43,918 nt of DNA from an uncultured Anaerolineaceae bacterium (GCA_964448165.1 CAYUVT010000001.1:10351-54268); one strand, 5' to 3'; shown: positions 17,062-25,727, numbered from the stretch's first letter. A program made the numbers and translations. Notes: generated by a model from the sequence alone, not told the origin.

Positions 17062-18159
17062 ATGACACAGCAAGCGACGGATCCCGATGGCGGCCGAGTG
17101 TGGCGCTGGATTGACTCGCGGCTGGGGCTAGGGAGCCTCGCCTATCCGATCCCCGCCCATGCGAATAACGTCCTCTACACGCTCGGGGGCATCACTCTCT
17201 TCGGCATCCTCGTCCTGGTCGGCAGCGGGATCTACCTCACCCAGTTCTACCACCCCGACCCCACCCAGGCGCGAGAGAGCATCGCCTACATCATCACCAC
17301 CGCCCGACTCGGCGAGTACGTCCGCGGGCTGCACTTCTGGATGGCGAACCTCGTGGCGATCACCCTCCTCCTGCACCTCGTGCGGGTCTTCGCCACCGGG
17401 CGCCACGGGAGCTGAACTGGGTCGTCGGCGTCGGGCTGCTCGGTGTCATGCTTCGGCCTCGTCTTCACGGGGACGGTCCTCAAGTGGGACCAGGAAGGCT
17501 GGGAGGCACTCCAGCACAACCAGGAGGTCGGCGAGCTGCTCGGCGGCGCCGGCGTCTGGTTCACGCCAGAGTTCACCGACAGTACCCCGATCCTGGATCG
17601 GCTCTTCATCGCGCACATCGCGATCCTCCCGTTCTTGCTCGGAGGCCTCGCGCTGGTCCACATGCTGCTCGTGAAACACCACGGCATCTCGGCGCGGCCG
17701 GGCGAAGCGATCACCCACCCCGGGCACACGGATGCGCGCGAGGCAATGGAGCGCGAAGGCTACCGACCCTTCACGAGCCACCTGGTTCACATCGTGGGCT
17801 GGGGTCTCGTGGTAGCGGCGGCGGGCAGCCTCCTGGCCTTGGTCTTCGGGGCACCCCTCGGGGAGATCATCGACCCCAGCGAGGAGAAGACGAAGCCGCT
17901 CTGGATGTTCCTGCCCCTCTATCCGTTCGAGGACTGGTTTGGCATCAGAGCGCTGCTCTGGCTGCCGGTCGTCGCCCTCGTGGTGCTCGCGGCCGTGCCA
18001 TGGATCGACCGGTTCAGGTCGAGCGCGCTGCGGCCCCGCGCGCCGCTTCTCGTCGCTGGTATCGCCATCATCCTGGCGCTGGTCGGGCTTGGCATCTACG
18101 GACAAGTCTCCGCGCCTGCCGAGCACGTGCCGGGGGTTGAGGAGGAGAACACGGGATGA
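17062..18159 (+). pseudogene. Cytochrome b (b6 plus subunit IV-like fusion), frame broken twice within about 50 nt (or two sequencing indels)
   Basis: ORF 17062-17415 has helix B with HFWMANLVAITLLLH and ends RVFATGRHGS*. PRELNWVVGVGLLGV is in another frame (17400-17447). ORF 17443-18159 resumes with FGLVFTGTVLKWDQEGW and helix D AHIAILPFLLGGLALVH. The shifts lie at G-run 17398-17400 and near 17451. Confidence 0.85.
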
Positions 18160-18365
18160 GGCTGCTCGGCACGTTTGTTGTCCTGCTCGCCGTCGGCAGC
18201 GGCGCCCTCACCGTTGCCTGGGAGAGCCTCGCGCAGGCCGGCAACGGGCGGGTGACCGATTCAGTCGCCGGCCTGGCGGGCGGTGCCATTGCCTTGATCT
18301 CCCTGGTCCTCCTTTGCCGCATCGTGTACCGCGTTTCGCGGCCCACGCGACCCGAGGGATTGTAG
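18156..18365 (+). CDS. Small two-TM membrane protein
   Basis: ATGA overlap with the cytochrome b stop; two hydrophobic helices. Confidence 0.45.
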   Translation: MRLLGTFVVLLAVGSGALTVAWESLAQAGNGRVTDSVAGLAGGAIALISLVLLCRIVYRVSRPTRPEGL

Positions 18366-18367
18366 AG

Positions 18368-18877
18368 ATGCGAACGCTCGCGGCCATCGCCGTCCTCGTT
18401 GCGATTGGACTGCTCCCCGGCACTGTGGCCGCGCACGGTGACTCCACCGTCGCGGTAGCCGGGCATCCTCATGCAGATGGGCCGATTGAGGTAGAGGGAA
18501 GCGATTTCGAAGCCAACGAGGTCGTAACGCTCCAGCTGCGCAAGCAGGGGCAGGCGCCGGTGCTTCTGGGCTCGGTCCCGGTCGAGCCTGACGGCACATT
18601 CGAAGTAACGCTCCACGTGCCGGCGGAGGTGCGTCCAGGTCTCTACGAGCTTGTCGCCAATGCAGGGGACGAAAGCACGTCGGCGGAGGCGACGATTCTC
18701 GAGCCCCCGGGTGGGGCTATCTCGGGCTCCGGTGGGCCTCCGCTCGAAGACATCAGCAACGATCGGCCCGTGGCGGAGACTGCGGCCCTGGCAGTCGTCA
18801 CCGCCACCGTGGCCGCGGCAGGCGCAGGCATCATCCTGCTTGGCCACCGGAAGAGGCCACGTCCCTTCACGTCCTAA
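18368..18877 (+). CDS. Secreted Ig-like-fold protein with N-terminal His cluster and C-terminal hydrophobic anchor plus basic tail
   Basis: Signal peptide ...GTVAA/HGDSTVAVAGHPHADG. Beta-rich domain (IEVEGSDFEANEVVTLQL...PGLYELVA). C-terminus PVAETAALAVVTATVAAAGAGIILLGHRKRPRP. Confidence 0.6.
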   Translation: MRTLAAIAVLVAIGLLPGTVAAHGDSTVAVAGHPHADGPIEVEGSDFEANEVVTLQLRKQGQAPVLLGSVPVEPDGTFEVTLHVPAEVRPGLYELVANAGDESTSAEATILEPPGGAISGSGGPPLEDISNDRPVAETAALAVVTATVAAAGAGIILLGHRKRPRPFTS

Positions 18878-18958
18878 ACAGCCGAGACGTCCAGATGGAC
18901 TCCGGACACCGCCCCGATCGGCCTCCGCGAGCGCTGCCCCACGCTGGTATAGTCCGCC

Positions 18959-18974
18959 TACTACGGAGGTAGTG
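18959..18974. promoter_or_regulatory. Operator-like dyad S10: TACTAC-N4-GTAGTg, 5 nt after extended -10 TGgTATAGT (18945-18953)
   Basis: Read directly; spacer GGAG doubles as SD for GTG 18975. Paralogous to S11. Confidence 0.6.
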
Positions 18975-19235
18975 GTGCAACGACACGAGCATGATGACGA
19001 AGCGGGTCCCGAGCCACGGCGGTGGCTCAAGGGCGGGGCCACTCAAAGGAGGTCAGCAGTGCATCGGAAGCCAGCAACGCGATTAGGGAGCGACGCGGGG
19101 TGGCTCTGGCGTGCTATCCGCGGGCTGCTCGTTGGTATCGGGACGCCTATGGAGCCTCTCCCTATACCGATCGAGATTGACCGGACGGGCGATGTCGACA
19201 GTGAGGCGCTCCGGCGCGACCAGAGCCGCTGGTAG
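18975..19235 (+). CDS. Fusion of a truncated His-rich leader with a paralog of ORF 24428-24625
   Basis: VQRHEHDDEAGPE... matches the start of 24259-24405. The TM helix and stop are missing, and the frame runs into VHRKPATRLGSDAGWLWRAIRGLL...PIPIEIDRTGDVDSEALRR (own AAGGAGG plus GTG at 19059). That part is about 40 percent identical to 24428-24625. Confidence 0.45.
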   Translation: MQRHEHDDEAGPEPRRWLKGGATQRRSAVHRKPATRLGSDAGWLWRAIRGLLVGIGTPMEPLPIPIEIDRTGDVDSEALRRDQSRW

Positions 19236-19575
19236 CGACGTTCGAGTGTCCTAACCAGGGCAGAGAGAGGAGAGACGGGTAGCTCGAAAACGAGGGACCA
19301 GAAGATGAATCCGCTGAGAAACCAGCGTGGGACGACCCGAGCGTCTGGTCCGCGTCTCGAGGCGTCTGCTACGGTCGTGGGCCTGGTACTTCTTTGCTCG
19401 TGGCCAGCGACGCATTGTGGTGGGCGGTCACCCTTGAGATCGCAGCGACCGCCATCGGCATTGAATTCATCTGCACGGGCCTCAAGCGCTAATGCTGGCA
19501 GCATCAATGCGAGCGATGGCGTGGACGACGGCCTGGCGAAGCGCCGTGGGCTGCCAAACGACGAGGAGAAGGCTA

Positions 19576-20715
19576 ATGAGGATTGCGGTCATAGCCCCGC
19601 TCGTTGAGGCTGTCCCTCCGGAGCGTTACGGCGGCACAGAGCGTGTGGTGTCGGTTCTGACGGAGGAACTGGTGAGGCGGGGCCACCAGGTCACACTGTT
19701 CGCCAGCAGTGATTCCCGGACGAGCGCCGAGCTGATTTCCTCCGGGCCAAGGTCCTTGCGCGTGAACGGAGACGACCTCCTGCCTGCCGCATGGACGCTC
19801 TTGCAGCTTTCGGACGTGTTCGCATCGGCCAGCGAGTTTGACATCATCCACAATCACGTTGACTGGCCGGCCTTTCCATTCGCCCGGCTGGCGGCCACGC
19901 CAACGGTCTCAACCATGCACGGCCGCCTGGACCTACCATCCATCCGCAACACGTTTGGCCGCTTTCCCGAGCAACCGCTGGTCTCCATCAGCAGGGCGCA
20001 GAGCGAGTACCTGCCCGGCGCGAACTGGCTGGCGACCGTCCACAACGGAATAGCGCTGGATCACTTCCATTTCCAGCGGGAGCCAGGCGACTATCTGGTC
20101 TTCCTTGGACGGATCAGCCCCGAAAAGCGGCCTGACCGAGCAATCGAGATCGCCGGCCGTGCCGGCATGCGGCTCGTCATAGCGGCAAAGGTCGACCCCG
20201 TGGACAGGGACTACTACGAGTGCGAGATCGCGCCGCTGGTTCACCGTTCGCCCTGGGTCGAATTCATCGGCGAAGTGGACGAGGCCGAGAAAGACGAGCT
20301 TCTCGGCCACGCCTATGCCTATCTGTTTCCCATCGACTGGCCAGAGCCGTTCGGCCTTACCATGGTGGAGGCGATGGCGACGGGCACGCCCGTCATCGCC
20401 GCTCGCGCGGGCTCGGTCCCCGAGGTCGTGCACGACGGCGTGACCGGTTTCATCTGTGACGACACGGTCGAAATGGCAAGGGCGGTTGAGGACGTGAGTC
20501 GCCTGAACCGCGCTTCCTGCCGTTTGCGAGTAGAGCAGTGCTTCTCCGCTCAAGCCATGACGGACGGCTATGAGGCGGTGTACCGCCGCCTGGCCGGTCG
20601 TGACCGGCGGGCCTCGGGCCAGCTGTTCGCCGGCACCCGGGTGAATGGCGCTGCGAGCCCGGCCGTGGCTGAGGCGGGCCATCCAGCTGCAATCCTGATG
20701 GACGATCAGCAATGA
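19576..20715 (+). CDS. Family 4 (GT-B, group 1) glycosyltransferase
   Basis: ATG 19576 after GAGGAGAAGG. MRIAVIAPLVEAVPPERYGGTERVV...; C-terminal EPFGLTMVEAMATGTPVIA (EX7E region). Confidence 0.9.
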   Translation: MRIAVIAPLVEAVPPERYGGTERVVSVLTEELVRRGHQVTLFASSDSRTSAELISSGPRSLRVNGDDLLPAAWTLLQLSDVFASASEFDIIHNHVDWPAFPFARLAATPTVSTMHGRLDLPSIRNTFGRFPEQPLVSISRAQSEYLPGANWLATVHNGIALDHFHFQREPGDYLVFLGRISPEKRPDRAIEIAGRAGMRLVIAAKVDPVDRDYYECEIAPLVHRSPWVEFIGEVDEAEKDELLGHAYAYLFPIDWPEPFGLTMVEAMATGTPVIAARAGSVPEVVHDGVTGFICDDTVEMARAVEDVSRLNRASCRLRVEQCFSAQAMTDGYEAVYRRLAGRDRRASGQLFAGTRVNGAASPAVAEAGHPAAILMDDQQ

Positions 20716-20736
20716 GCTTCGCGATGAGGGGGCCCT

Positions 20737-23094
20737 TTGCTGGCTCGGGCCAGCCGCCGCCCCTCCGCCATCGCGGGAGGTGGAACCATAGCTCGACAGC
20801 GTTCAATCGATGATCTCCTGGCACCACCCTCCGACCCGTCCTGGTTTCTTGACGAGGATGGCTATGAGCCGGCCCTGGAGCACGAGGTGGAGTCCCGATT
20901 CGCCGTAGGCAACGGCTTCCTCGGCGTGCGGGGATCGCTGGAACAGCCCACGCGGTTTTCCCGGCCCCGGACCTATGTGGCGGGATTGTTCGTTGGATCG
21001 GAAGCTCGGCCGCCCGTTCCAGAACTGGTCTCGGCGCCAGACTGGCTGCGGCTGCGCGTGCTGGTCGACGGAGAGGAGCTCTCTCTCGAAGACGGTCAGA
21101 CGCTCGATCACGGCCGGACGCTCGACTTTCGCAGGGGTGTGCTGCACAGCCGACTGGAACAACGAGCTCAATCCGGCGTCACCGTTCGAGTCCGCGGCCT
21201 GCGGTTTGCATCGCTGTCAGAGCGGGTAGTGGCAGTCCAGCTCCTTGGGATTGACGTGGACAGGCCGGCACGGCTGCGCCTCGAACTCGTCCCGGGCCAA
21301 AGCTCCGAGGCCCTTGAGGTGAGGAGCCGCGGATCGGGCATAGCAGTCTACGCGCTCCGAAAACGGCCGGATCGACTGGCCATCGGCTCGAGGTCGCTCC
21401 TGCAGGTGGACGGCACCGCCCTCAGTAGCTCCGGCGCGGAGCCAGGACCTATGAGCTGGTCCTGGGATGCCAGGCCCGGACGCGGAGCCCGTTTCTCGCG
21501 GATTGTGGCCTTCGCCCGCGCCGAGTCGGAAGAGGCGGCCGCTCGCCGAGCAAGCGCGCACCTGGCAGCATCACCGGACGACCTCCGACGACGGTACGGC
21601 CGACACGTTGCGACCTGGCGCAGGCGCTGGTTGGAGAGCGATGTCCTCATCGAGGGTGATGAGGCGAGCCAGAAGGCGGTTCGCTTCGCAATCTATCATT
21701 TGATCAGCGCCGCGAACCCTGACGACGATCATGTCTCGGTGGGTGCAAGGGCGCTCAGCGGCGACGCCTACAAGGGCCACGTGTTTTGGGACACGGAGAT
21801 CTTCCTTCTACCGTTCTACACGTTCACCTGGCCGAAGGCGGCGCGCGCCATGCTCATGTACCGCTATCACACCCTGCCCGCAGCGCGCGCAAAGGCGGCG
21901 CACCTGGGTTACCGAGGTGCGCTCTATGCCTGGGAATCTGCCGACACCGGCGCGGAGACCACACCGCCTTTCGCCCTCGGGCCACAGCGACAGGTCATCT
22001 CTATCCGGTCCGGCGTCCTGGAGCACCATATCAGCGCCGATGTTGCTTACGCCGTTTGGCAGTACTGGCAGGCGACGGCCGACAGCGCCTTTCTGATCGC
22101 GGCCGGGGCTGAGATCCTCCTGGAAACGAGCCGCTTCTGGGCGAGCCGCGCTCTGCTGGAGGCTGATGGCCGGTACCACATCCGCGGCGTCATCGGGCCC
22201 GACGAGTACCACGAAGGCGTCGACGATAACGCCTACACGAACGTCATGGCCGCCTTCAACATCGAATGCGCCCTGGAAGCAGCGGCGCTCCTCAGGCGAC
22301 GATGGCCAGCTCCTTGGAGAGAGCTCAGCTCGCGCCTCGCGCTCACCGAGCAAGAGCTCGCTCTCTGGCGCGAGGTGCAAGAAGGACTGGTCACGGGTTT
22401 CGATGCGAGCACAAACCTGTTCGAGCAGTTCAAAGGGTTCTTCTCTCTGGAGCAGGTAGACCTCCGAGCTTACGCCAGCCGCACGGCACCTATGGATGTC
22501 GTGCTCGGGCCGGAGCGCACGCAGCTCTCGCAGGTGATTAAGCAGGCCGACGTTGTGATGTTGCTGGCCTTGCTCCGCGATCGTTATGAGCGGGCCGTGC
22601 ACGAGGCCAATTTTCGCTTCTACGAATCGCGGACTGGCCATGGCAGCTCACTCAGCCCACCCGTACACGCCGTCGTCGCGGCCCGACTGGGAGAGGTGGA
22701 CCTGGCCAAGCGGTTCTTCGACGAAAGCGCCGCGATCGATCTCGACGACACGATGGGAAACGCGGCCGGCGGCGTCCACATCGGCGCCCTGGGCGGGCTC
22801 TGGCAGGCCGCCGTCCTCGGCTTCGCCGGCCTTGAGCTTGAGAAGGGCGGCCTCCGGTTGCACCCGCACCTGCCGCCCGGCTGGCGGACACTGAGCTTCC
22901 CCGTCCAATGGCGCGGCAGGCTTGTTCGAGTCGAGGTAGAAGCGGAGGCGAAGCGCCTCTGCGTGAAGCTCGAGCGCGGCCAGCGAATGGAGATTAGCAT
23001 CGGCCCCTTGCGGCGCCGTCTTGAACCCGACAAGGGTCTCTCATTCGTGCAGGTCACAGATGGAAGCTGGGAGGAGGCCGCGCATGGCGGCTAA
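20737..23094 (+). CDS. GH65 glycoside hydrolase/phosphorylase (trehalose/maltose/kojibiose phosphorylase family)
   Basis: ESRFAVGNGFLGVRG, YKGHVFWDTEIFLLPF and ALYAWESADTGAETTP are typical GH65 blocks. The start (TTG 20737) is uncertain. Confidence 0.9.
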   Translation: MLARASRRPSAIAGGGTIARQRSIDDLLAPPSDPSWFLDEDGYEPALEHEVESRFAVGNGFLGVRGSLEQPTRFSRPRTYVAGLFVGSEARPPVPELVSAPDWLRLRVLVDGEELSLEDGQTLDHGRTLDFRRGVLHSRLEQRAQSGVTVRVRGLRFASLSERVVAVQLLGIDVDRPARLRLELVPGQSSEALEVRSRGSGIAVYALRKRPDRLAIGSRSLLQVDGTALSSSGAEPGPMSWSWDARPGRGARFSRIVAFARAESEEAAARRASAHLAASPDDLRRRYGRHVATWRRRWLESDVLIEGDEASQKAVRFAIYHLISAANPDDDHVSVGARALSGDAYKGHVFWDTEIFLLPFYTFTWPKAARAMLMYRYHTLPAARAKAAHLGYRGALYAWESADTGAETTPPFALGPQRQVISIRSGVLEHHISADVAYAVWQYWQATADSAFLIAAGAEILLETSRFWASRALLEADGRYHIRGVIGPDEYHEGVDDNAYTNVMAAFNIECALEAAALLRRRWPAPWRELSSRLALTEQELALWREVQEGLVTGFDASTNLFEQFKGFFSLEQVDLRAYASRTAPMDVVLGPERTQLSQVIKQADVVMLLALLRDRYERAVHEANFRFYESRTGHGSSLSPPVHAVVAARLGEVDLAKRFFDESAAIDLDDTMGNAAGGVHIGALGGLWQAAVLGFAGLELEKGGLRLHPHLPPGWRTLSFPVQWRGRLVRVEVEAEAKRLCVKLERGQRMEISIGPLRRRLEPDKGLSFVQVTDGSWEEAAHGG

Positions 23095-23938
23095 GCGCGC
23101 TCATCAGAAAATTGTCGTTGCCTGGGATGGATCGCAGCCGTCTGCTACTACGTTCCCGCTTGCCAACATCGTGGGTTCGCAGTTGGGCGCTGACGTCGAG
23201 ATCCTCCACGTCCTCGAGCCGGGAGCTTCCCCCGAGGAGTTTGCCGCGGCTGTACGCAAAGTCGGGCTCGACGGTCTGGAAGCTTCCATGCTTCGTGTCG
23301 AAACCGGCGATGTTGTGCAGACGATCCTCGCCGCGGCGGAGGAGCCAGACGTCGCCCTTGTGGTCCTGACCACCCATGTCACGGCCATCAAGGAGGGCCG
23401 GCACCTCGGCTCTGTAGCGCGGGCGGTGGTCCTCGGGACAGAAAAACCGGTTCTGCTCGTCCGTCCGGAGGCGCCAGCGAGCCGCGGTGAGATGCGACGC
23501 CTCCTGCTGCCAGCGGACGGCACGCCGAAGACGGCGATAGCGCTGGGACCCGCGACGGAGTTGGCCCGGCGCCTGGGCGCGGCGCTCGACCTGCTCTATG
23601 TCGCCGGGCCGCGAACACAGGTGCCTGACGAACGGGGCAGCATTCGCGCCCCCCGCTACGTGGACCAGCAGCAACACGAGTGGCCGAGTTGGGCTGACGA
23701 GGTCGGCGATCGCCTGGCACGGTCCTGCGCAAGCTGCCCCCCGGAGGTTCAAGTACAGGTGTTCTTGGCCCAGGGCAACATCAGCGCGGAGATCGAAAAC
23801 TTCGCCATTCAGCATAGCTCGGATGCGATCGTCCTCGTGCGTCGCAGCCGCTTGCAGGCTGGCCGGGCGCGGACACTGCGCTCATTGCTCGAGCGGGCAC
23901 CCTGCCCAGTGCTGATATTGAGCGGGCCCGAGGATTAG
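23084..23938 (+). CDS. Tandem-domain universal stress protein
   Basis: ATG 23084 after GGGAGGAGG, overlapping the GH65 end by 11 nt. Two USP repeats (KIVVAWDGS...; RLLLPADGT...). Confidence 0.85.
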   Translation: MAAKRAHQKIVVAWDGSQPSATTFPLANIVGSQLGADVEILHVLEPGASPEEFAAAVRKVGLDGLEASMLRVETGDVVQTILAAAEEPDVALVVLTTHVTAIKEGRHLGSVARAVVLGTEKPVLLVRPEAPASRGEMRRLLLPADGTPKTAIALGPATELARRLGAALDLLYVAGPRTQVPDERGSIRAPRYVDQQQHEWPSWADEVGDRLARSCASCPPEVQVQVFLAQGNISAEIENFAIQHSSDAIVLVRRSRLQAGRARTLRSLLERAPCPVLILSGPED

Positions 23939-24241
23939 CGCCCCAAGCGCGCTGTCAGGTCGGGCTCGCCCAGACGGATTGAATGCCCAGACGACGCGCA
24001 ATGATCGCCGGGACCGAGTGACGCCGCCAGGGACGGGAGCCGGACACCGCAGCCCGGATGGAGGATTCAGATCGAGGGGGCAGGGCAGCATCGGCTGCGA
24101 CGGGCGTGATCATCATCCTGCTTTGGGCGCCGTCGTTCGGCATATCCCCTGCCATCGTGAGCCCCCGAAACGTCCATCCGGGCCTGGGGGTAAGGACCGA
24201 TCGGCCTCCGCAGAGGTTGGCGCACGCTGCTATAGTGAACC

Positions 24242-24257
24242 TACTACGGAGGTAGTT
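24242..24257. promoter_or_regulatory. Operator-like dyad S11: TACTAC-N4-GTAGTt, 5 nt after extended -10 TGcTATAGT (24228-24236)
   Basis: Read directly; spacer GGAG doubles as SD for GTG 24259. Confidence 0.6.
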
Positions 24258-24258
24258 G

Positions 24259-24405
24259 GTGCAACCACACGAGCACGATGCGACAGAGGGCAAGGCCGGT
24301 CCCATGGACCATGGCGGGGGCGTTAAGGGCCTGCTTCTCATGGCGCTGTGTTGCCTCCCGATGATCGCTATCGCGGTCTTCGTGGTTGTCGGACTGCTCC
24401 GATGA
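24259..24405 (+). CDS. His-rich small TM peptide (48 aa) with CC-containing helix
   Basis: (M)QPHEHDATEGKAGPMDHGGGVKGLLLMALCCLPMIAIAVFVVVGLLR. SD lies inside the operator. The N-terminus is shared with 18975. Confidence 0.55.
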   Translation: MQPHEHDATEGKAGPMDHGGGVKGLLLMALCCLPMIAIAVFVVVGLLR

Positions 24406-24427
24406 CGATCAAGCAAGGAGCTGAGGA

Positions 24428-24625
24428 ATGCTTCGGAAACTCGCAAACGGGATAGCGTGCGGCCCAGGGCGGCTCTGGCGCTCAGTCCTCGGACACTTCG
24501 GCCCGATCGCCGCGCCGCCGGATGGTCGCCTTGTACCCATCGAAATCAGCGCGAGCGACGACGCCCGCCCGGAGGCGCTCTGCCGACGGGAGGATGAGCT
24601 TGATTGGGGCCACCACAGGCGATAG
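24428..24625 (+). CDS. Conserved hypothetical 65-aa protein (paralog of 19059-19235)
   Basis: ATG after AAGGAG. Shares GxLWR...PIEI...EAL positions with the other copy while the DNA has diverged, which argues for protein coding. Confidence 0.5.
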   Translation: MLRKLANGIACGPGRLWRSVLGHFGPIAAPPDGRLVPIEISASDDARPEALCRREDELDWGHHRR

Positions 24626-24659
24626 CCGGCGGGAGGCCAGCCACCAAGGAGCCACGAAA

Positions 24660-24956
24660 ATGAATGACAGACAGACTAATCTCGGGCCGCTGGAGCGGCT
24701 GGTGCGCGTCGCGGGAGGGGCTTTGCTCGCGACCGTGGGCGTGGTCCTTTTCGTGGCCGCAGATCCCTCGTGGTGGGTGGCGACGACCGAGGTCGCAGCC
24801 ATCCTTCTCGGCATCGATTTCGTCTACACGGGCGTCACGGGCTATTGCCCGCTTTACCACAGGCTCGGCTGGAGCACGCTCCGCCGCTCGCCGACCGTGG
24901 CGCCTCGCTCGGCACCGGGAGCAGAAGCGAAGCCGCCGGCATCCCTGCGCCGCTAG
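24660..24956 (+). CDS. DUF2892 (YgaP-like) membrane protein
   Basis: ATG after AAGGAG. NLGPLERLVRVAGGALL...GIDFVYTGVTGYCPLYHRLGWST is the DUF2892 signature. Confidence 0.8.
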   Translation: MNDRQTNLGPLERLVRVAGGALLATVGVVLFVAADPSWWVATTEVAAILLGIDFVYTGVTGYCPLYHRLGWSTLRRSPTVAPRSAPGAEAKPPASLRR

Positions 24957-25000
24957 CCGCGAATGAAAACCGGGCTAGCCACTCACTGGGAGGTGAACAG

Positions 25001-25249
25001 ATGGCTCGTGTGAAGGTGGTCATGCCGGTCTTCGATCTCTCCTGCGGGGGAGGGGGCTCCCGGCTCGTGGAGCACGTTATCAGGAAGCTGCCGGGCGTCG
25101 CGGACGTTTACGTCAACCCTGCCACCGAGATGGCATACGTTGAGTACGATCCGTCTGGCCTCACCCCAGAGCAAATCGGCGAAGCGATCGCCGAGGCAGG
25201 CTACAAGACCTCGTTGCCGGCTCGGGTGCTGCGAAAGACGGACTCCTGA
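25001..25249 (+). CDS. HMA-fold (ferredoxin-like) protein with degenerate metal site (single Cys, no CxxC)
   Basis: ATG after GGAGG. VKVVMPVFDLSCGGGGSRLVEHVIRKLPGVADVYVNPATEMAYVEYDP...IGEAIAEAGY follows the HMA beta-alpha-beta-beta-alpha-beta pattern, but GMTCxxC is replaced by LSCGGGG. Confidence 0.7.
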   Translation: MARVKVVMPVFDLSCGGGGSRLVEHVIRKLPGVADVYVNPATEMAYVEYDPSGLTPEQIGEAIAEAGYKTSLPARVLRKTDS

Positions 25250-25268
25250 CCGCATATCCGCGCGTCGA

Positions 25269-25727
25269 CTATCTCGCGGTCCGTGGGTCGATCCCTTCGA
25301 GCAGCCCCCTGGGCACACAGGCGCAACAGGCTGAGGATAGCTCGGCATCCGTCCGGGCGAGGAGTTCTTCAAGCACAATCCGCGCACGGTGACGGGCTTC
25401 ATCGCCGGCAAGGCTTGCCAGCGGGTCCTCTCCGCCGAGGGTGCGGTCCCCGCCCCCGGTTGTTTGCACCGACGACATCACCCAGCCAAGGAAGAGCTCG
25501 CTGTCGATCAGCGGGTCTGGCGTTCCCGGTCCGCAGCGCAGGCACCAGACGAGGTCGTCGGGCACGCAGCCGCACAGCGAGTCCGCAAGCTCTTGTGGGA
25601 GAACGTAGGCCAGTCCCTGCAACACACCCTGGAGGAGATGCTCAGCCTGAGCCTGTTCCCTGAGCGACAAGCGTCGCTGCACGGCTGCAACGAGATCATC
25701 GCCTTTTGGCGCCCCGTTCGACGTCAT
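25269..25727 (-). CDS. Cys-rich hypothetical protein (weak DUF2267-like repeats)
   Basis: Start overlaps the korB stop by 4 nt. Contains CGCVPDDLVWCLRCGPG and ACCACVP clusters. Confidence 0.45.
   Translation of the reverse strand: MTSNGAPKGDDLVAAVQRRLSLREQAQAEHLLQGVLQGLAYVLPQELADSLCGCVPDDLVWCLRCGPGTPDPLIDSELFLGWVMSSVQTTGGGDRTLGGEDPLASLAGDEARHRARIVLEELLARTDAELSSACCACVPRGLLEGIDPRTAR

Noticed and set aside
19236-19575. 340-nt gap of lower coding potential before the GT4 gene, considered as a riboswitch (for example c-di-AMP/ydaO) or sRNA; also the 322-nt gap 9011-9332 before pfkA
   Set aside because: I could not match any riboswitch consensus by eye. The small ORFs there (19305-19607 and others) have poor third-position GC. 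These remain unexplained, but there is no positive evidence.
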